From: Octopus vulgaris
Lineage: Eukaryota
Direction: 5' to 3'
NCBI GenBank assembly: GCA_951406725.2
Contig: OX597821.1
Span: 43,772,001-43,836,000 of the forward strand
Length of the DNA stretch: 64,000 bases
Shown: positions 1 to 13,281 of the stretch, piece after piece
Layout: each line of letters opens with the position of its first letter
Position numbering within the stretch: position 1 is the first letter of the stretch
Notes under the pieces: model-generated
What the model was told of the DNA's origin: nothing
The model's input: only the letters and a program-made list of their open reading frames with translations
The model's database searches: none
Translations under genes and position numbers: made by a program

Positions 1-29
1 ATAACATGATGGCTTCAATGAAAGAAAGT

Positions 30-260
30 GAAGATAATGATGATGATGACGATGATAATAACAATAATGATGGTGATGATGATGAAGGTGGTGGTAGTGA
101 CATTGGTGAGTGTAATTGCAATAGTGATGGTAATGATGATGATGATGATGCTGTTACTGCTGCTGATTATGATCATGGTGATCATGATGGTGGTGGTGGT
201 GGTGGCAGTGAAGACTGTGATAGTATTCATGATGGTGGTAGTGGTTGTGGTGATGATGAG
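30..260. repeat. degenerate (GAT/GGT)n trinucleotide microsatellite
   Basis: Runs of gatgatgat/ggtggtggt; explains the D/G-, M/V- and I/T-rich ORFs at 6-344. Confidence 0.9.
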
Positions 261-490
261 ATTACAAAAGACCACCCATATGAACCAATCTTATTACCAT
301 TGACAGCAGCAAAACTTTCACCCCCCACCCCCCAAAGATACTAAACATCACTCTTAGAAACCATACCTGTTGCAGGCAAACAAACTACCTATCAGGCCAC
401 AAAGTTTATTTAGTGTACAGGAACAATACTTCCAGAGCCAACAACGTTTTAAAAAGTCTGTCCTCTGACCTGCTCTCTTCAGTAGAGACA

Positions 491-785
491 TTATCATCAT
501 CATTTAACGTCCACTTTCCATGCTAGCATAGGTTGGATGGTTTGACTGTGGGCTGGCAAATCAGATGGCTGCACCAGGCTCCAGTCTTGATCTGGCAGAG
601 TTTCTACAGCTGGATGCCCTTCCTAACGCCAACCACTTCGAGAGTGTAGTGGGTGCTTTTATACGTGCCACCAGCATGGGGGCCAGTCAGGCGGTACTAG
701 CAACAACCTCGCTCAAATTTTTTTTTTTTTAGACATGCCAATGGCACAGGTGCCAGTAAGGTGATGCTGGTAACGATCCCACTTG
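491..785 (-). mobile_element. RTE-type LINE/SINE 3' end fragment with (GAT)n tail
   Basis: catcatcatttaacgtcc...ccatgctagcataggttggatgg...gctggatgcccttcctaacgccaaccac. The same motif is the 3' end of the RT-bearing copy at 2973-4468 and recurs more than 10 times in the window. Confidence 0.85.
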
Positions 786-1224
786 AGTATTACTAAGGAC
801 TTAAGTAAATCAATTAGACATCCTTGGCAGTTAGTTGTATCGATAAATTACTGGTGCTGTACTTATGTTTTGTCTCAGTTTATACTATACTATAGAATAT
901 ATCTATAGATTATAGCCTTCATAGACAGATGTAAACACTTTGTCTTCATCTACTATCTCTTGTACAGTAGAGTATTAAGACAAAACAATGTTAACAAGCT
1001 AGTAATTTATTGATAGAAATAGATCTCATAAATACATTATATATGCAAATCAGTGGCTCCTATTTATTTAAACCTTTAGTCATAACAGGCTTATAAGCAA
1101 TACTGTTCTGGATAGTTAAAGTGGGTACTCACTTGCTGATGAAATCCCAACGCAGGTTTGAAGCTTATATAGTTGAGCAATATCCATTTAGATATTGAAT
1201 ATACCGAAATGGTGTTTACATTTG

Positions 1225-1313
1225 TCTCTTTCTGTCTATCTGTCTGTCAGTCTCTATCCATCTGTCAGTCAATCTATCTGTCCATCTATCTATCATTCTA
1301 TCTATCTATCTAA

Positions 1314-1379
<66 letters not shown>

Positions 1380-1380
1380 G

Positions 1381-1416
<36 letters not shown>

Positions 1417-1445
1417 ACATATATATATACACACGTATACACACA
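1225..1445. repeat. (TCTA)n/(TA)n compound microsatellite
   Basis: Directly visible tandem tctatcta then tatata. Confidence 0.95.
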
Positions 1446-2639
1446 ATATTGATAAGAATCTATAGCTATATTCTGTAGAACAATTTAACATTGTCATTGT
1501 TAAAACAGACATTTATTTATTAGAGGGTATAGAAGCTTTTCTGATGTTCACTGAAGATAAAACAGTGTTTTCAAGTGCAGTTGTTGTTGATGATGATGAT
1601 GATGATGATGATGATGTTGTCATCTGTGTCCAAGCTATTATGTGAAAAAATATATTACTGTTCAACTCCAAGGTGGCTCTGATTTAGCCAATCTATGATC
1701 AAAAGTGTTCCAGCCATGACAGGTATTCAAGACCATGACTATATTATCTACTTTGTATGTTCCTTCTTGTTTACAAGATGATGGTGTATGCTATGAGGGA
1801 GACTGGATTGCACTTTCTAGCTGGTTGAGCAACTGTCTAGAGGTTCCCTTTTGTTGGCTCATATATGTTGCTATTGCTGCTACTGCTACTACTGCTTCTG
1901 CTATTACTGCTACTAGTGCTACTACTACTGTTGCTGTTTCTTGTTCTATACCATTAGAGGAGAGAAATGATTCTATTTATGGTTATTCCTACTGATTTCC
2001 CCTGAGAGAAAACAGAGAAGAAGATTTTACATATTCCAGGCCCATGAGAAAGGATGGGGTGGGTGGGGTAGAAAGACCTGAACTTAACATAACAGCCTAC
2101 AAAAATACTTGTTCAATATACAGTTACTACATTTCAATATAAAACAGTCAGCTGTTGTTACTGTGTAATGTCTGAACCAATGAGAAATTCTCTTTCACAT
2201 CATATTTCAACCTTCTAGAAATAGCAACTAATATCTTCCCTGAAGCATAATCTACCATCTTTAAATAGGTACAGTAGAAATCAAGAGTCCATGATAAATT
2301 AGGGCTGGTAAATGTGAGTTAGCTTTTTTTAATTAAAAAAACAAAACAAAACAAAACAAAGAAAAATTAAGGCCCAGTTAAATGGAAAAACTGTCTCATC
2401 TTTTTAGGGCTTTCAAGGTGGAAGGCAAGGAGGAAGTTATCCTTAGACTGGACATGTAGACTGAATGTATGCAAGAAGGGGATTTTGTCAAAGGTACCCT
2501 AAGAGTCAGCTGTTGGTGTTAAACAGAAAGTGAATTATCATCTCCATGGGACTAAACTACAACAACTCTACAGAAACATTATAGATAATTACCAACAGGA
2601 TAAGTCAACATGCATTTTAATGACTAAAAGTCCTGGTTT

Positions 2640-4765
2640 AAAGATTACATTTTGAGGAGAATAATCTTGAAGATTGTATCATATATAATTGTCTCTTGTA
2701 GTTTGTATTATATATAACATCCCATTGTAGACCATTTTATATATATATAAAACTGCCTCTTGTAGATTATATTATATATAACACTCAATTGTAGACCATA
2801 TTATAAGCATATAACCAGCTCTTGTAGATTATATAATATATGACCCCCGCCTATAGATCATGTTGTAGAACTCCCTCTTGTAGATTATAATGTAAAACCC
2901 TTTCTTGGACATAATATTATATATAATCCCCCTGTTGTATATTATATGATATATAACCACCCCTTGTGTAGATTCATCATCATCATTTAATGTCTGCTTT
3001 CCATGCTGGCATCGGTTAGACAGTTTGACAGCTGGAAAGCTGGACAGCGGCACCAGTTTCCAATCTGATTTGGCTTGGTTTCTATGGCTGGATGCACTTC
3101 CTAACACCAACCACTCCAAGAGTTAATGGGTGCTTTTTACATGCCATTAGCATGGGTACCATTTACATGACATCAGCAACGGCCATGACTATGATTTTAC
3201 TTGGCTTAATGAGTCTTCCCAGCACAACATATTACAAACGGTCTCAGTCTCTTGTCATCACCTCCACGATGCCCACCATTTGAAGACCATGCTACTGGCA
3301 ACGGTCACAATTATGATTTCATGAGTGCCATTTGCAGGACACCTTCAATGGTGATTGCACTTGGCTTGATGAGTCCTCTCAAGCACAGCATATCACTGAA
3401 AGTCTTGGTTACTTGTCACCTCTGTGAGGCCAACATTCGAAGATCATGCTTCACTACCTTGTCCCATGTCTTCCTGGGTCTACCTGTTCCACAGGTTCCC
3501 TCCACAGTTAGAGATCAGCACTTCTTTACACAGCGGACCTTGTCCATACATGGCATAACTATACCAGTGTAGTTGTCTCTCTTGTGCACCACATCTGATG
3601 CCTTTTATGCCCAGTTTTTCTTTCAAGACATTTGTGCTCTGTCAAATATGCTCACTGACATTGCACATCCAGCGAGCATACGAGCTTCATTTCCTACAAG
3701 CTTTTGCATGTCCTTTGTGGTTACAGCCCAAGTTTTACTGCCATGTAGCATAGCTGTTCGTACACAGCCATCATACAGTCTACTTTTCATTCTGAGGGAG
3801 AGGCTCTTAGTTACCAACAGAGGTAGAAACTCTCTGAACTTTACCCAGCCTATTCTTATTCAGGCAGCTATGTTCTCTGTGCATTCCCCTCCACTGCTGA
3901 CTTGGTCACCTAGATAATGGAACTTATCAGCTACTTCTAGGTATCCCCATTGGCATTTCTTGGAGTCCATTTTCTGTACATTTCTAGTATTTATTGTACC
4001 TGTACATCTGCCACACACAAACCGTCCTCTGATATTGCTGCACCTCTTATTGGTACATCTTATGGAGTTTCTACCTACGCCTTTTCTATATATTGAGCTG
4101 GGCCATCTATCTGAAGGGGTCTGTGATTTGTCTGCTTTCCTATTTTTAGTTTTTTAGTTTTTGCTAAATTGACAAAGACCTTTTGATTCTAGAACTTGCT
4201 TCCACACCTGAAATTTTTTCTCTAGTTCTTGTGATTCAGCTATAAGAACAAGATCATCTGCATACAGGAGCTCCCAGAGGTTGCCTGACTTAAATTCCTC
4301 TGTTATTGCCTGAAGGACTATGATGAACCAGATGGAGGTGAGGACTGATCCTTGGTGAACCCCTACTTGTACACTGAATTCATCACTATACTCATTGCTA
4401 ACCTTCACCTTACTGACAGCATCCCTGTACATGGCTTGTACAGCTCTCACCAGCCACTCATCTATCCCTTTATGTAGATTATATTATATTTTTCCCTCTC
4501 TTTTATATTATATTATATATAACACCCCTCTTGAACATCACATTATATATAATACCCTTATTGTAGATTATATTATATATATCCCCCGTGTGTAGAGTAT
4601 ATTATATAAAACCCTCACTTTTAGAAGATATTATACATAACACCTCTTGTAGACTGTATTCTGTATAACCACTATTTTGGATCATATATATAACCCTCTC
4701 TTGTAGATGATATTAAATATAATCCCCTCTTGTAGATTATATATTACATATAACATCACTTCTTA
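2640..4765. repeat. degenerate ~30-bp minisatellite (tatataaccccctcttgtagattatat-like) split by an RTE insertion
   Basis: Units recur at 2640-2972 and resume at 4470-4765 on the other side of the LINE. Confidence 0.8.
2973..4468 (-). mobile_element. 5'-truncated RTE-clade LINE (RT C-terminal half plus 3' UTR), decayed
   Basis: ORF 4154-4450 contains GVHQGSVL...WELLYADDLVLIAE (RT motifs). ORF 3623-3817 contains KSRLYDGCVRTAMLHGSKTW (RTE C-terminus). Ends in a (GAT)n tail at 2973. Contains frameshifts. Confidence 0.92.
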
Positions 4766-4856
4766 TAAAAGAATCCATTACTTATTATTAATCATTTTAA
4801 AATTCAGAGTTTCAAATTTTAAATTGATCTCCAAATTTCTAAATTTGATTTAGAAA

Positions 4857-5001
4857 TATAAGGTTGTCTCAAAAGTTCGTAGAAAGTCTTGGAAAATAAT
4901 GGTCTTTATTTTGAGGAATAATTTTTGTTGTTTTTGTTAGTACTTGGCGAGTAAAAATTCAATTTTCGCAAGTGTTTACGAACTTTTGGGAAAACCTAAT
5001 A
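4857..5001. mobile_element. mariner-type MITE (~140 bp)
   Basis: Left end taaggttgtctcaaaagttcgta versus reverse complement of right end ttaggttttcccaaaagttcgta; TA flanks. Confidence 0.75.
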
Positions 5002-5647
5002 AATAAATAAAATTATTTGATAAATAATTATACACTTATTACAATTATACACAGACTGCACATACTTTTTTATGAATCTATATACACAGCACATGTATCT
5101 GCACATATATAAACACATATAATTGCACATCCATCCATCCATCCATGCATACATACATGTATACATATATGTATGTATATACATATCACACATATATTAT
5201 ATGTATATTCACATATTGAAATTACATATGAAGATGGCTACTTGCATACAATTCTCTCCTCCTCCTCCTCCTCCTCCTCCTCCTCCTCCTCTATGATAAC
5301 TTACTTTCTAAAATGTTAAGTTAATAAAACTGGGAAGTTTCCATAAACAACAAAAATAAAAGGAAAAATAACAACAAACAAATTTAAAATCAAACTAAAA
5401 GAAATTTAAATCTAAACAAACACAGACACATAGACACACTTCCACATTTGGTACTTATTCCAGTACCTAAAATTCTGAGTTCAAATCCTATTAGGTTGAC
5501 TTTACTGTTCATCCTTCCCTACTTGATAAATAAAACACCAGCTAAAGCTGATACATTGGTGGGACTGAATACCTTGTGGTATTTGTTCCAGCTTTGCATT
5601 CTGAGTTCAATTCCCACAGTGGCAGTGGCTTACTTGGGCAGTAGACT

Positions 5648-6178
5648 TAATAGCATTCAGATTTCTCTGTCAAATCATCATCATCATCATCCTTTAACAT
5701 CCACTTTCCATGCTGGCATGGGTTGGACAATTTGACTGAGAACTGGCAAGCTGGGAGGCTGCACCAGGCTTGAATCTGATTTGGCAAGGTTTCTACAGCC
5801 GGATGCTCTTCGTAATGCCAACCACTCTGAGAGTGCTGTGGGTGCTTTTTATGTGTCACCAGTACGGCAGCCAGTCAGGTGGCGCTGGCATCAGCCATGA
5901 ATATGAGTTCACTTGGTTCAACAGGTCTTCACAAGCATGGCATATTGGCCACCGACTGAAGGGTGCTTTTAAAGGGGCCAGTTATATGACACTGGCATAC
6001 TTATTTATGTAATACTTATTTATTATATTGGTTTGAATTAATCGTGCATTAATCATAACTCTGACATTTTAATGATGTGATTGTTAATTTTTAGAGAGGT
6101 TAGATCTGGCTGGTCTGAAGATAAAATAGGTGAATTATTTTGGCTAAATATGGCTATTTTAAATGTTAAAGGGTTAAT
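5648..6178. mobile_element. piggyBac-like TTAA MITE interrupted by an RTE-tail insertion (5674-6000)
   Basis: Ends in aatgttaaagggttaa. Related copies at 25449-25685 (ttaactctttagcatt...) and 42245-42415. TTAA plus CCCTTT termini are piggyBac-like. Confidence 0.55.
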
Positions 6179-7047
6179 TCCTTGCCTGTTTTAACACCCT
6201 TACCTGATACATTGGATGCTTTTCACTGAGTCCACTTTGTTGCAAGCATTCAAGCTAGATCTCTGGTTCGAGGATATCGTCCTCGTTTTTCCCCATCCCA
6301 CTTGTCTCAGAGGCCCTGTAAAGGGTCATAGGCATTATTGCTTCCTCCTGAATTAGAGATTAAAATAGTAATACACACATCACATCTACAAACAACATTC
6401 TCTTATTTGGACAAATGCTCAATGAATAACTAAAACCTGCGAAGATTAATACTTATTAAAAGAAAACATGGAAGAATGATATAAATTACATTTGAGCGAT
6501 GCAACATTAAATTGAGGTGAATGGATGATGGATGAAGAATAAGTGAAAATAATCAATGAATCGACAAAGATGATACAAATGATATAAAAACCTGAATAGA
6601 TATTAAGTAAAAAAAGAGAAAAACAAGTGATAGAGATGATTAAATAAAAATTATCTGATAGTAAAATATTTTAAAAGTGTGAGATAAAAATACGATGAAA
6701 AAAATTGTAAATATATAAGTTCATAAAATAAATCATCATCATCAACATCATCATCATCAATATCATCACTAAACATCCATCTTCCATACTGGCATTGGTG
6801 GAATGATTTGACAGAATCCAACAAGCCTGGGGACTATGACCATGCTCCAGTGACTACTTTGGCATGGTTTATACATCTTGATTCCCTCTTAACTCTTACT
6901 ACCTTAGAGAGTTCACTGAGTGGTTCCCCACCCCACCGTGACACTGGCATTAATGAGTTCATCAAGTAACTCACAAGGCAAAGAAATATCACCTTTATCT
7001 GAGTGGGGATGTAGTAGAATGAAAGAGGTGGCGTTATTACAGGTGTA

Positions 7048-7745
7048 ATAGTGTTTTCCACTGCATGGATTGTCACTTTGTCTCTGGCTCAAGGTGATGA
7101 CCCCAACATTCATCTTGGGTTAGAAAATGTTTAAAGAAACCAGATTTTCCTGTGGTGTAATCATCCTAGTTCACTTTTGATCAGGTGTCAGTAGATGTGG
7201 CACCCACCAAGCACAAACCTTCATCATATCAAGCTTATTGCATAGAATGAAATCAACTATCTCATGGGATATGCTAACAATATTGGCTATTTGATTTTTA
7301 GTCGATTTCTGATCATCCATTACCATGCAGTGAACAATGAGTGTTTTCCCCAGTGGTGGCAGTTGCAGGATGCCCACACTTTGCAGGACGTCCAAGACTC
7401 TCCATTCCCTTATAAATTCAACTGCCCACTTTTGCATTGTTAATAAAACTAGAACATCATACCCTAATGTATCAGCCATGCTGGTATGAGTGTCCATGTG
7501 GGGGTTAAACCCCTTTTCTGCCAGTACTTGATAACACCAGGAAAATCGACAAATTTTGTCCATTTGCAAGAGAAGTTGTTACTAGTTACTCTTTAAGTCT
7601 TCTTTGAACAGCCAGATGTCAATTCATCTGGAATGAAACAATGCAGTTATGAATAAGAAAGGTTGAAATTAGTGTATGCAAGATTTCACAACTCTAGCAT
7701 AACTCCTTCATAATTAGCCTATGAACATTTCAATCCACCCTTGTT
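7048..7745 (-). mobile_element. mariner transposon, 5' half, decayed
   Basis: TIR-like acaagggtggattgaaaatgttc at the right end (minus). Translations MDKIC..., WVPHLLT and FLTQDECWGHHLEPETK*QSMQWK (first catalytic D). Confidence 0.88.
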
Positions 7746-7750
7746 TATAC

Positions 7751-7918
7751 ATATGAGGTGGTATAAAAAGGTTCCTGGACTAGTAATTTTTGATAAAAAA
7801 TACCTTATTTACCTTAATTTTAACATAATCTCCTTTCAAATAGTCACCTTGTACAGCAGTACACTTGTGCCAGCATTCTTGCCACTTTTGTAATCTGGCC
7901 TGGAAGTCGTTTCCTGTA
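7751..7918 (-). mobile_element. mariner 3' end fragment
   Basis: TIR tatgaggtggtataaaaaggttcctggac; minus translation QKWQECWHKCTAVQGDYLKG (mariner C-terminus). Confidence 0.8.
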
Positions 7919-7928
7919 AGTGTGTGTG

Positions 7929-7969
<41 letters not shown>

Positions 7970-9431
7970 TGCTTTTACGATAGGGATTGGAAATTATGTG
8001 AATTAAAAAAGATGAATGTAAAATAAAGCAAATGGATTTAAAATGAATTTAAAATGATCGGAAGTGAAGCAAAATGAATCAAAATAGAGTAAAAAGGAAT
8101 TGTCCTTAATAGACCATTGATCTGGTATCCAAATCATATTGATCTGATATTCAAAACAGATAGAATAACCGGAAGTGTCAAAATTTCTTTAAAAAGGAGT
8201 TTACAGAAGTTAACAAAGATGGCAATTATATTTCACAATCTTTTATCCAATCAAAATCAAAATGTTATTATGTGTTAAGGTAATTTATATTGAGCCAAAA
8301 TAGATATTTTGGTTAAAAGTTTCAAAGAATTCTATAGTTCTGTCTTTAGATTTTGACATCAACCTGCCTGAGACCACCCTAGTTCTAACACTGGATTAAT
8401 AATTACAAAGTTATTTTAATCATTTTTTTTCTTTTTATTATCTTCTATATCAACAAAATATGGTAACAAAAGGGTTAAAGTTATCGAAATCAAAACCTTC
8501 CATGAAAATTTTACGTTAATTTATGTTCCAGAAACCAGCTTAATCATGGCAAAATTATTTTACTAAATTCTTTATTTTCAAAATTAATTGAAATAAAGGC
8601 AATGTATTTCATCAGAAATATGGTAACAAAAAGATTAAGCTGTTGTTATTTTATTGCAGGAGGAGCCATTTTTTCTTTTCAGTTAAGCATAACCAGCAGC
8701 AGAACCGAGACGTGAAGTTTCCATGGCAATATAGCTGTTCTGATAATTTTTCTTTGATCATCTACATCACATGTTTTTCGTTATCATCTGTATAAGTTTT
8801 TTATCATCTAGATTACCTTTTAAGATACCTCAACTATTTCCACTTTTCTTCATCCATCAGTGATTCAGCTCACTTCATTGCACCATCAACTTAATGTTTT
8901 CTAATATTCATCTTTCTGTCAGTCTAACATTCAAATGAATTTTAGTTATTATCTGAGCGTGTGACTGTGTAAAGGCATATATGTACGTAGGTGAGAATTT
9001 GTAGACGTGTGTGTGTGTTTAGATATAAGTGTAGAAAACAGTCAAAGCATGAATACGGGGAGCTAAAAACATTTTTATAACTTTATAAATTCATATTTTG
9101 ATATATTTATATATTTTATGAATTTATATTTCCATAAACTTATAAATTTTTTTCCCAGTTTATATTACATAATTTTTGCATCTATCAGAGAGATTTTTTC
9201 AAGATTATATATATTTTGATAACAAAATATATATAATCTTGAAAGAATCAAAATAACAAAATAGAAATTTATTATTCACCTAAACAATTATATGTAAAAA
9301 AAATGATCCCCAAACCCACCAACCTCCAATCAAGGTTTTGTATTATATTCAAACATTTTCACCCACGTATGTGCGCATGTGCACACACACACATACACAC
9401 ACACACATACACACACAAATGTATATATATA

Positions 9432-9477
<46 letters not shown>

Positions 9478-9579
9478 TATGTATAAATATATATATCTAT
9501 GTATACATATGTATAAAAATATATATGTACATACACATAAACATATACATAAATTCATACACATATATGTACAGATATG

Positions 9580-9581
<2 letters not shown>

Positions 9582-9618
<37 letters not shown>

Positions 9619-10290
9619 TTAATGTCTGTTGTCCATGCTGGCAGGGGCTGGACGGTCTGACTGGGCTGATATGATGGAAGGCTGCACCAGACTCCAGTCT
9701 GAATGGCATGGTTTTCTATGGCTGGATGCCCTTCCTAACACCAACCATTCTGAGAGAATAATGGGTGCTTTTTATGTGACACTAGCATGGGTGCCATTTT
9801 GTGTGACACTGGTATCTGTCACGATTGCAATTTTGCATGGCTTGATGGGTCTTCTTCTCAAGCATGATATAATGACAAAGGTCTTGGTCATTGCCTCTGT
9901 GAAGCCCAACGCTCAAAAGGAACTCAGCCACTTTGCCTCTGTGAGGCCCAACGCTCAAAAGGAACTCAGCCACTTTGCTTCTGTGAGGCCCAACGTTCAA
10001 AAGATGTTCTTTATGTGCCACCAGCATGGGTACACTTGGCTTGACGGGTCCTCTCAAGCATAGCACATCACCAAAGGTCTTGGTCACCAGTCATTGCTGC
10101 TGCGAGGCTCAAAGTTTGAAGATCATGCCTCACCTGATCATCCCATGTCTTCCTGGGTCTACCTCTATCACAGAGTCCCCCACAGCTGGATGCCTTTCCT
10201 AATGCCAACCACTCCAAGAGTGTAGTGGGTACTTTTTTACGTGCCACTGGCACAGGAGCCAGTCAGGTGGACCTGACATTGATCACTTTC
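9582..10290 (-). mobile_element. RTE LINE 3' region with an internal 42-bp x3 tandem repeat (9891-10002)
   Basis: (CAT)n tail; RGRPRKTWDDQVRHDL (RTE C-terminus); ttgcctctgtgaggcccaacgctcaaaaggaactcagccact repeated. Confidence 0.85.
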
Positions 10291-10727
10291 AGATATTGCT
10301 TTATACATATTTATTATCATAATTATATATGTATATGTTTAATTTATCTTTTATCTTTTACTTTCTACCTGTTTCAGTCATTATATGATGCCATGCTGGG
10401 GCACCACCATTGTCTTAGAAAAATAACATTGAATAATCCAACTAAATGCTAAATAAATGGGATTGTCATGTCTGGAATATTGGCCGACTGGATCAAGGCT
10501 GAGCTGAGGCTAAATAATAACAAAGGCTCATTGATGATTTCGCTACACAATATCTTCTTTATTTGATTGAAGTTGCATTGTTTTATCTTCAGGTAATTTT
10601 TATTTTTAAATTTGGTTTTCATTCTATCAGTCTCTTTCGCCAAGCTGCTAAGTTACAGGGATATGAATACATCAATGCCAGTTGTGAAGCAGTGATCTGG
10701 GACAGAGACACAAACACACACACACAC

Positions 10728-10772
<45 letters not shown>

Positions 10773-10846
10773 GCTTTGGTTGGCCTGAGGCTATAGCAGA
10801 AGACACCCTAGGTCCCATGCAATAGGACTGAACCGAGAACCATGTG

Positions 10847-10894
<48 letters not shown>

Positions 10895-10896
10895 GT

Positions 10897-11160
10897 GAAT
10901 AGAATAAAGAAGTGATGTGAGAGAATACATGCTTATTCGATTTGTTTACACCTGTTTCATAATCTTGTTAGTTGTATAATAGATATCATCTTTCTCATGT
11001 ATAAAAAGTATGCATACAAATATATTGGCATATGTGCACCCATATATACAATCGTGTAAATGCTTATGTAACCTCTGTTATACAACTAACAAGATAATGA
11101 GATATCTGTAAATGAATGGAATAAATACCTGTTCTCTTACCTCACTTCTCTTATCTATTC
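10897..11160. repeat. foldback element, ~87-bp imperfect inverted arms
   Basis: gaatagaataaagaagtgatgtgagagaa...cttgttagttgtataataga mirrors tctgttatacaactaacaag...ttctcttacctcacttctcttatctattc. Confidence 0.8.
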
Positions 11161-12594
11161 TGTTCATAATCTTTTCACTATTCACAGATTTTCAGGATGA
11201 CACAAAAGTTTATTCTAACCTCCACCAAGATCATTCTTGTTAGCCTTGCACTCATGCACTTGGTAGAGAGCTTAATACGAGATCTGTTTGATTCTTGGAA
11301 TCATTGTTCCTATATCTATATATATATATATCCTCATCATCATTATCAACATCTGACGTTTGTTTTCCATGCTGGCATAGGTTGGATGGTTTGACAGGAA
11401 CTGGTAAGGCCAGGAGCTGCACCAACTCCCATAATTGCTTTGGCTTGGTTTCTACAGCTGGATGTTCTTTATAGAGTTACTGGGTGCTTTTTATGGGGTA
11501 CCAGCACCTACACTAATGTTTTTTATGTGCCTTGGTTTTAAGATGTAAATTCTGTTGTGGTGGGCAGGTCTTCTTGAGTACAACGATGTGACACATATCT
11601 TGACTGAATATATTATAGAATGCTAAAGTAAGCATGTTATAGATGGTTGTAGAGTAATACTAAGATAAATATAAACCTTAAACTTCAGCTCCCTCATCTG
11701 AAGCAGGTAATGCTGAGGTAGGAAGTCAGCATTAAGAATGATCTTTGCCAAAGGAGTATGAAAGCAAGACAAATAGACAAACATTAGTATACGCAAGGAA
11801 TGTGTTCACATGTTCAAGTACATGATGTTATCAAGTGTTATCATTACAACTGATACTATGACCATGCATATTATATAATGAAGTCCAATGATATTGTGGT
11901 TGTATGGTCTGGCATACCTGTGAGAGATCTGTAGGACAAAGTCACGTTATCCTCGTCAGAAGACAGGCAAATTGTTAAGATGAGAACAGTTTATAAATAT
12001 GTGTAGCTTCAATAAAATTAGAAAGATAAGAAGAATAGAGGAAGGGTTATAGTAACAAGTACAAAGTTAGGGAAAGGGGAGAGGAAGGGGAAGGGTGATG
12101 TGGTTGAGGGGACTTTGTTATTTATAAGATGTCAGTTAAGACCAAAGAAATAAAAAATACAAATCAGCTATAAAATTAAGAGTTAGAGAAAATGGCTATG
12201 CAGGCAAGATCAAAGGAAGCCTGATATCTGACAAAAGGAAAAAAAAAAATTAAATGTGAAAGAAGTATGTGATTAGGCCAGCCAATTTCAGAGATGCATT
12301 GCAGATGCTTCACAGACCTTATATCATAGCAGACCATATTTTATAACAGATTGGGGATAGGTAAGAAGGTGATAAAAAGATAAGAATTATATAATATGCT
12401 AACAGGGTACAGAAATGAGCATTGTAAAATGTATCTATTCATGGCGAATGTAATGGTCAATTATATGTGAAGGTGAGACAGAAGATGTGATAGTAAGCTA
12501 ATAGGAGAGGGAAGAGAGAGGGTAACACTAATGGGTGTTTTACACTGGCTCTTGAATGTACATAGGAAAGCCTAAGTCACAATTTCATATTGGT

Positions 12595-12802
12595 TTCAAA
12601 TTTTGGCACAAGCCAAGCAATTTTGTGAACAGGGGTAAGTTGACTTCATTGATCATAGTGCTTAGCTGGTACTTATTTTATCAACTCCAAAAGGATAAAG
12701 GGCAAAGTTGACCTCAGTGGAATTTGAGCTCAGAGCGTAAAGATGGGTGAAATGCCACCTAGCATTTTGCCAGCATGCAAACAATTCTGTCAGTTCACCA
12801 CT
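12595..12802 (-). mobile_element. tRNA-derived SINE family B (head ggcggcgagctggcagaa), decayed copy
   Basis: Matches the well-preserved copy at 42001-42231. Other copies near 25733, 26453, 26735, 29678, 52001 and 53380. Confidence 0.8.
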
Positions 12803-12939
12803 TGAAGTCACAATATCATATTACATAGAATTTCTGTTGCACATCGTAAAACCTTATATATTACATCATATGCAAACTTTGTGGTGCTCTTTATACATAT
12901 ATATATATATAATTAAAAAATAAAGGTATAAACTGCACA

Positions 12940-13281
12940 AAAGTGTATTTAAAGAATGTTTTACATTTGTTGCATTGAGTGACTTATAAAATGCTACCGA
13001 TTTCGAACATTAAGAACTGAAAGTCAAAAATTAGAGAATAAGAAAAAATTGGAAATTAAGGATAGTTTGTTCTCACATTTTGCGCATAGTTAAGAACATG
13101 TACTTAACTATGCACAAAATATGAGAACAAACTGATTTTAATTTCTAATTTTTTTCTTATTCCCTAATTTTTAAATTTCAGTTCGTAATGTTTGTTAAGA
13201 TGAACATGCACATCGAAACTGGTAGCATTTTATAAAAGTCACTCAGTGTAATAAATATAAAATATTCTTTAAACATGCTTT
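12940..13281. repeat. ~340-bp near-perfect palindrome, probably a PLE terminus
   Basis: Centre tagttaagaacatgtacttaacta; arms pair over more than 150 bp; the right arm carries a degenerate HHR motif (13187-13229). Confidence 0.85.

Noticed and set aside
6-344. 112-aa D/G-rich ORF and the many YI/HT/CV-repeat ORFs across the window
   Set aside because: They are translations of microsatellites with no domain content.
1131-1180. CTGATGA-stem-GAAG possible hammerhead
   Set aside because: GAAA is mutated and stem I does not close; at best an unprovable relic.
11915-11968. Minus-strand CTGACGA followed by a good stem II
   Set aside because: No GAAA, stem III or cleavage triplet follows.
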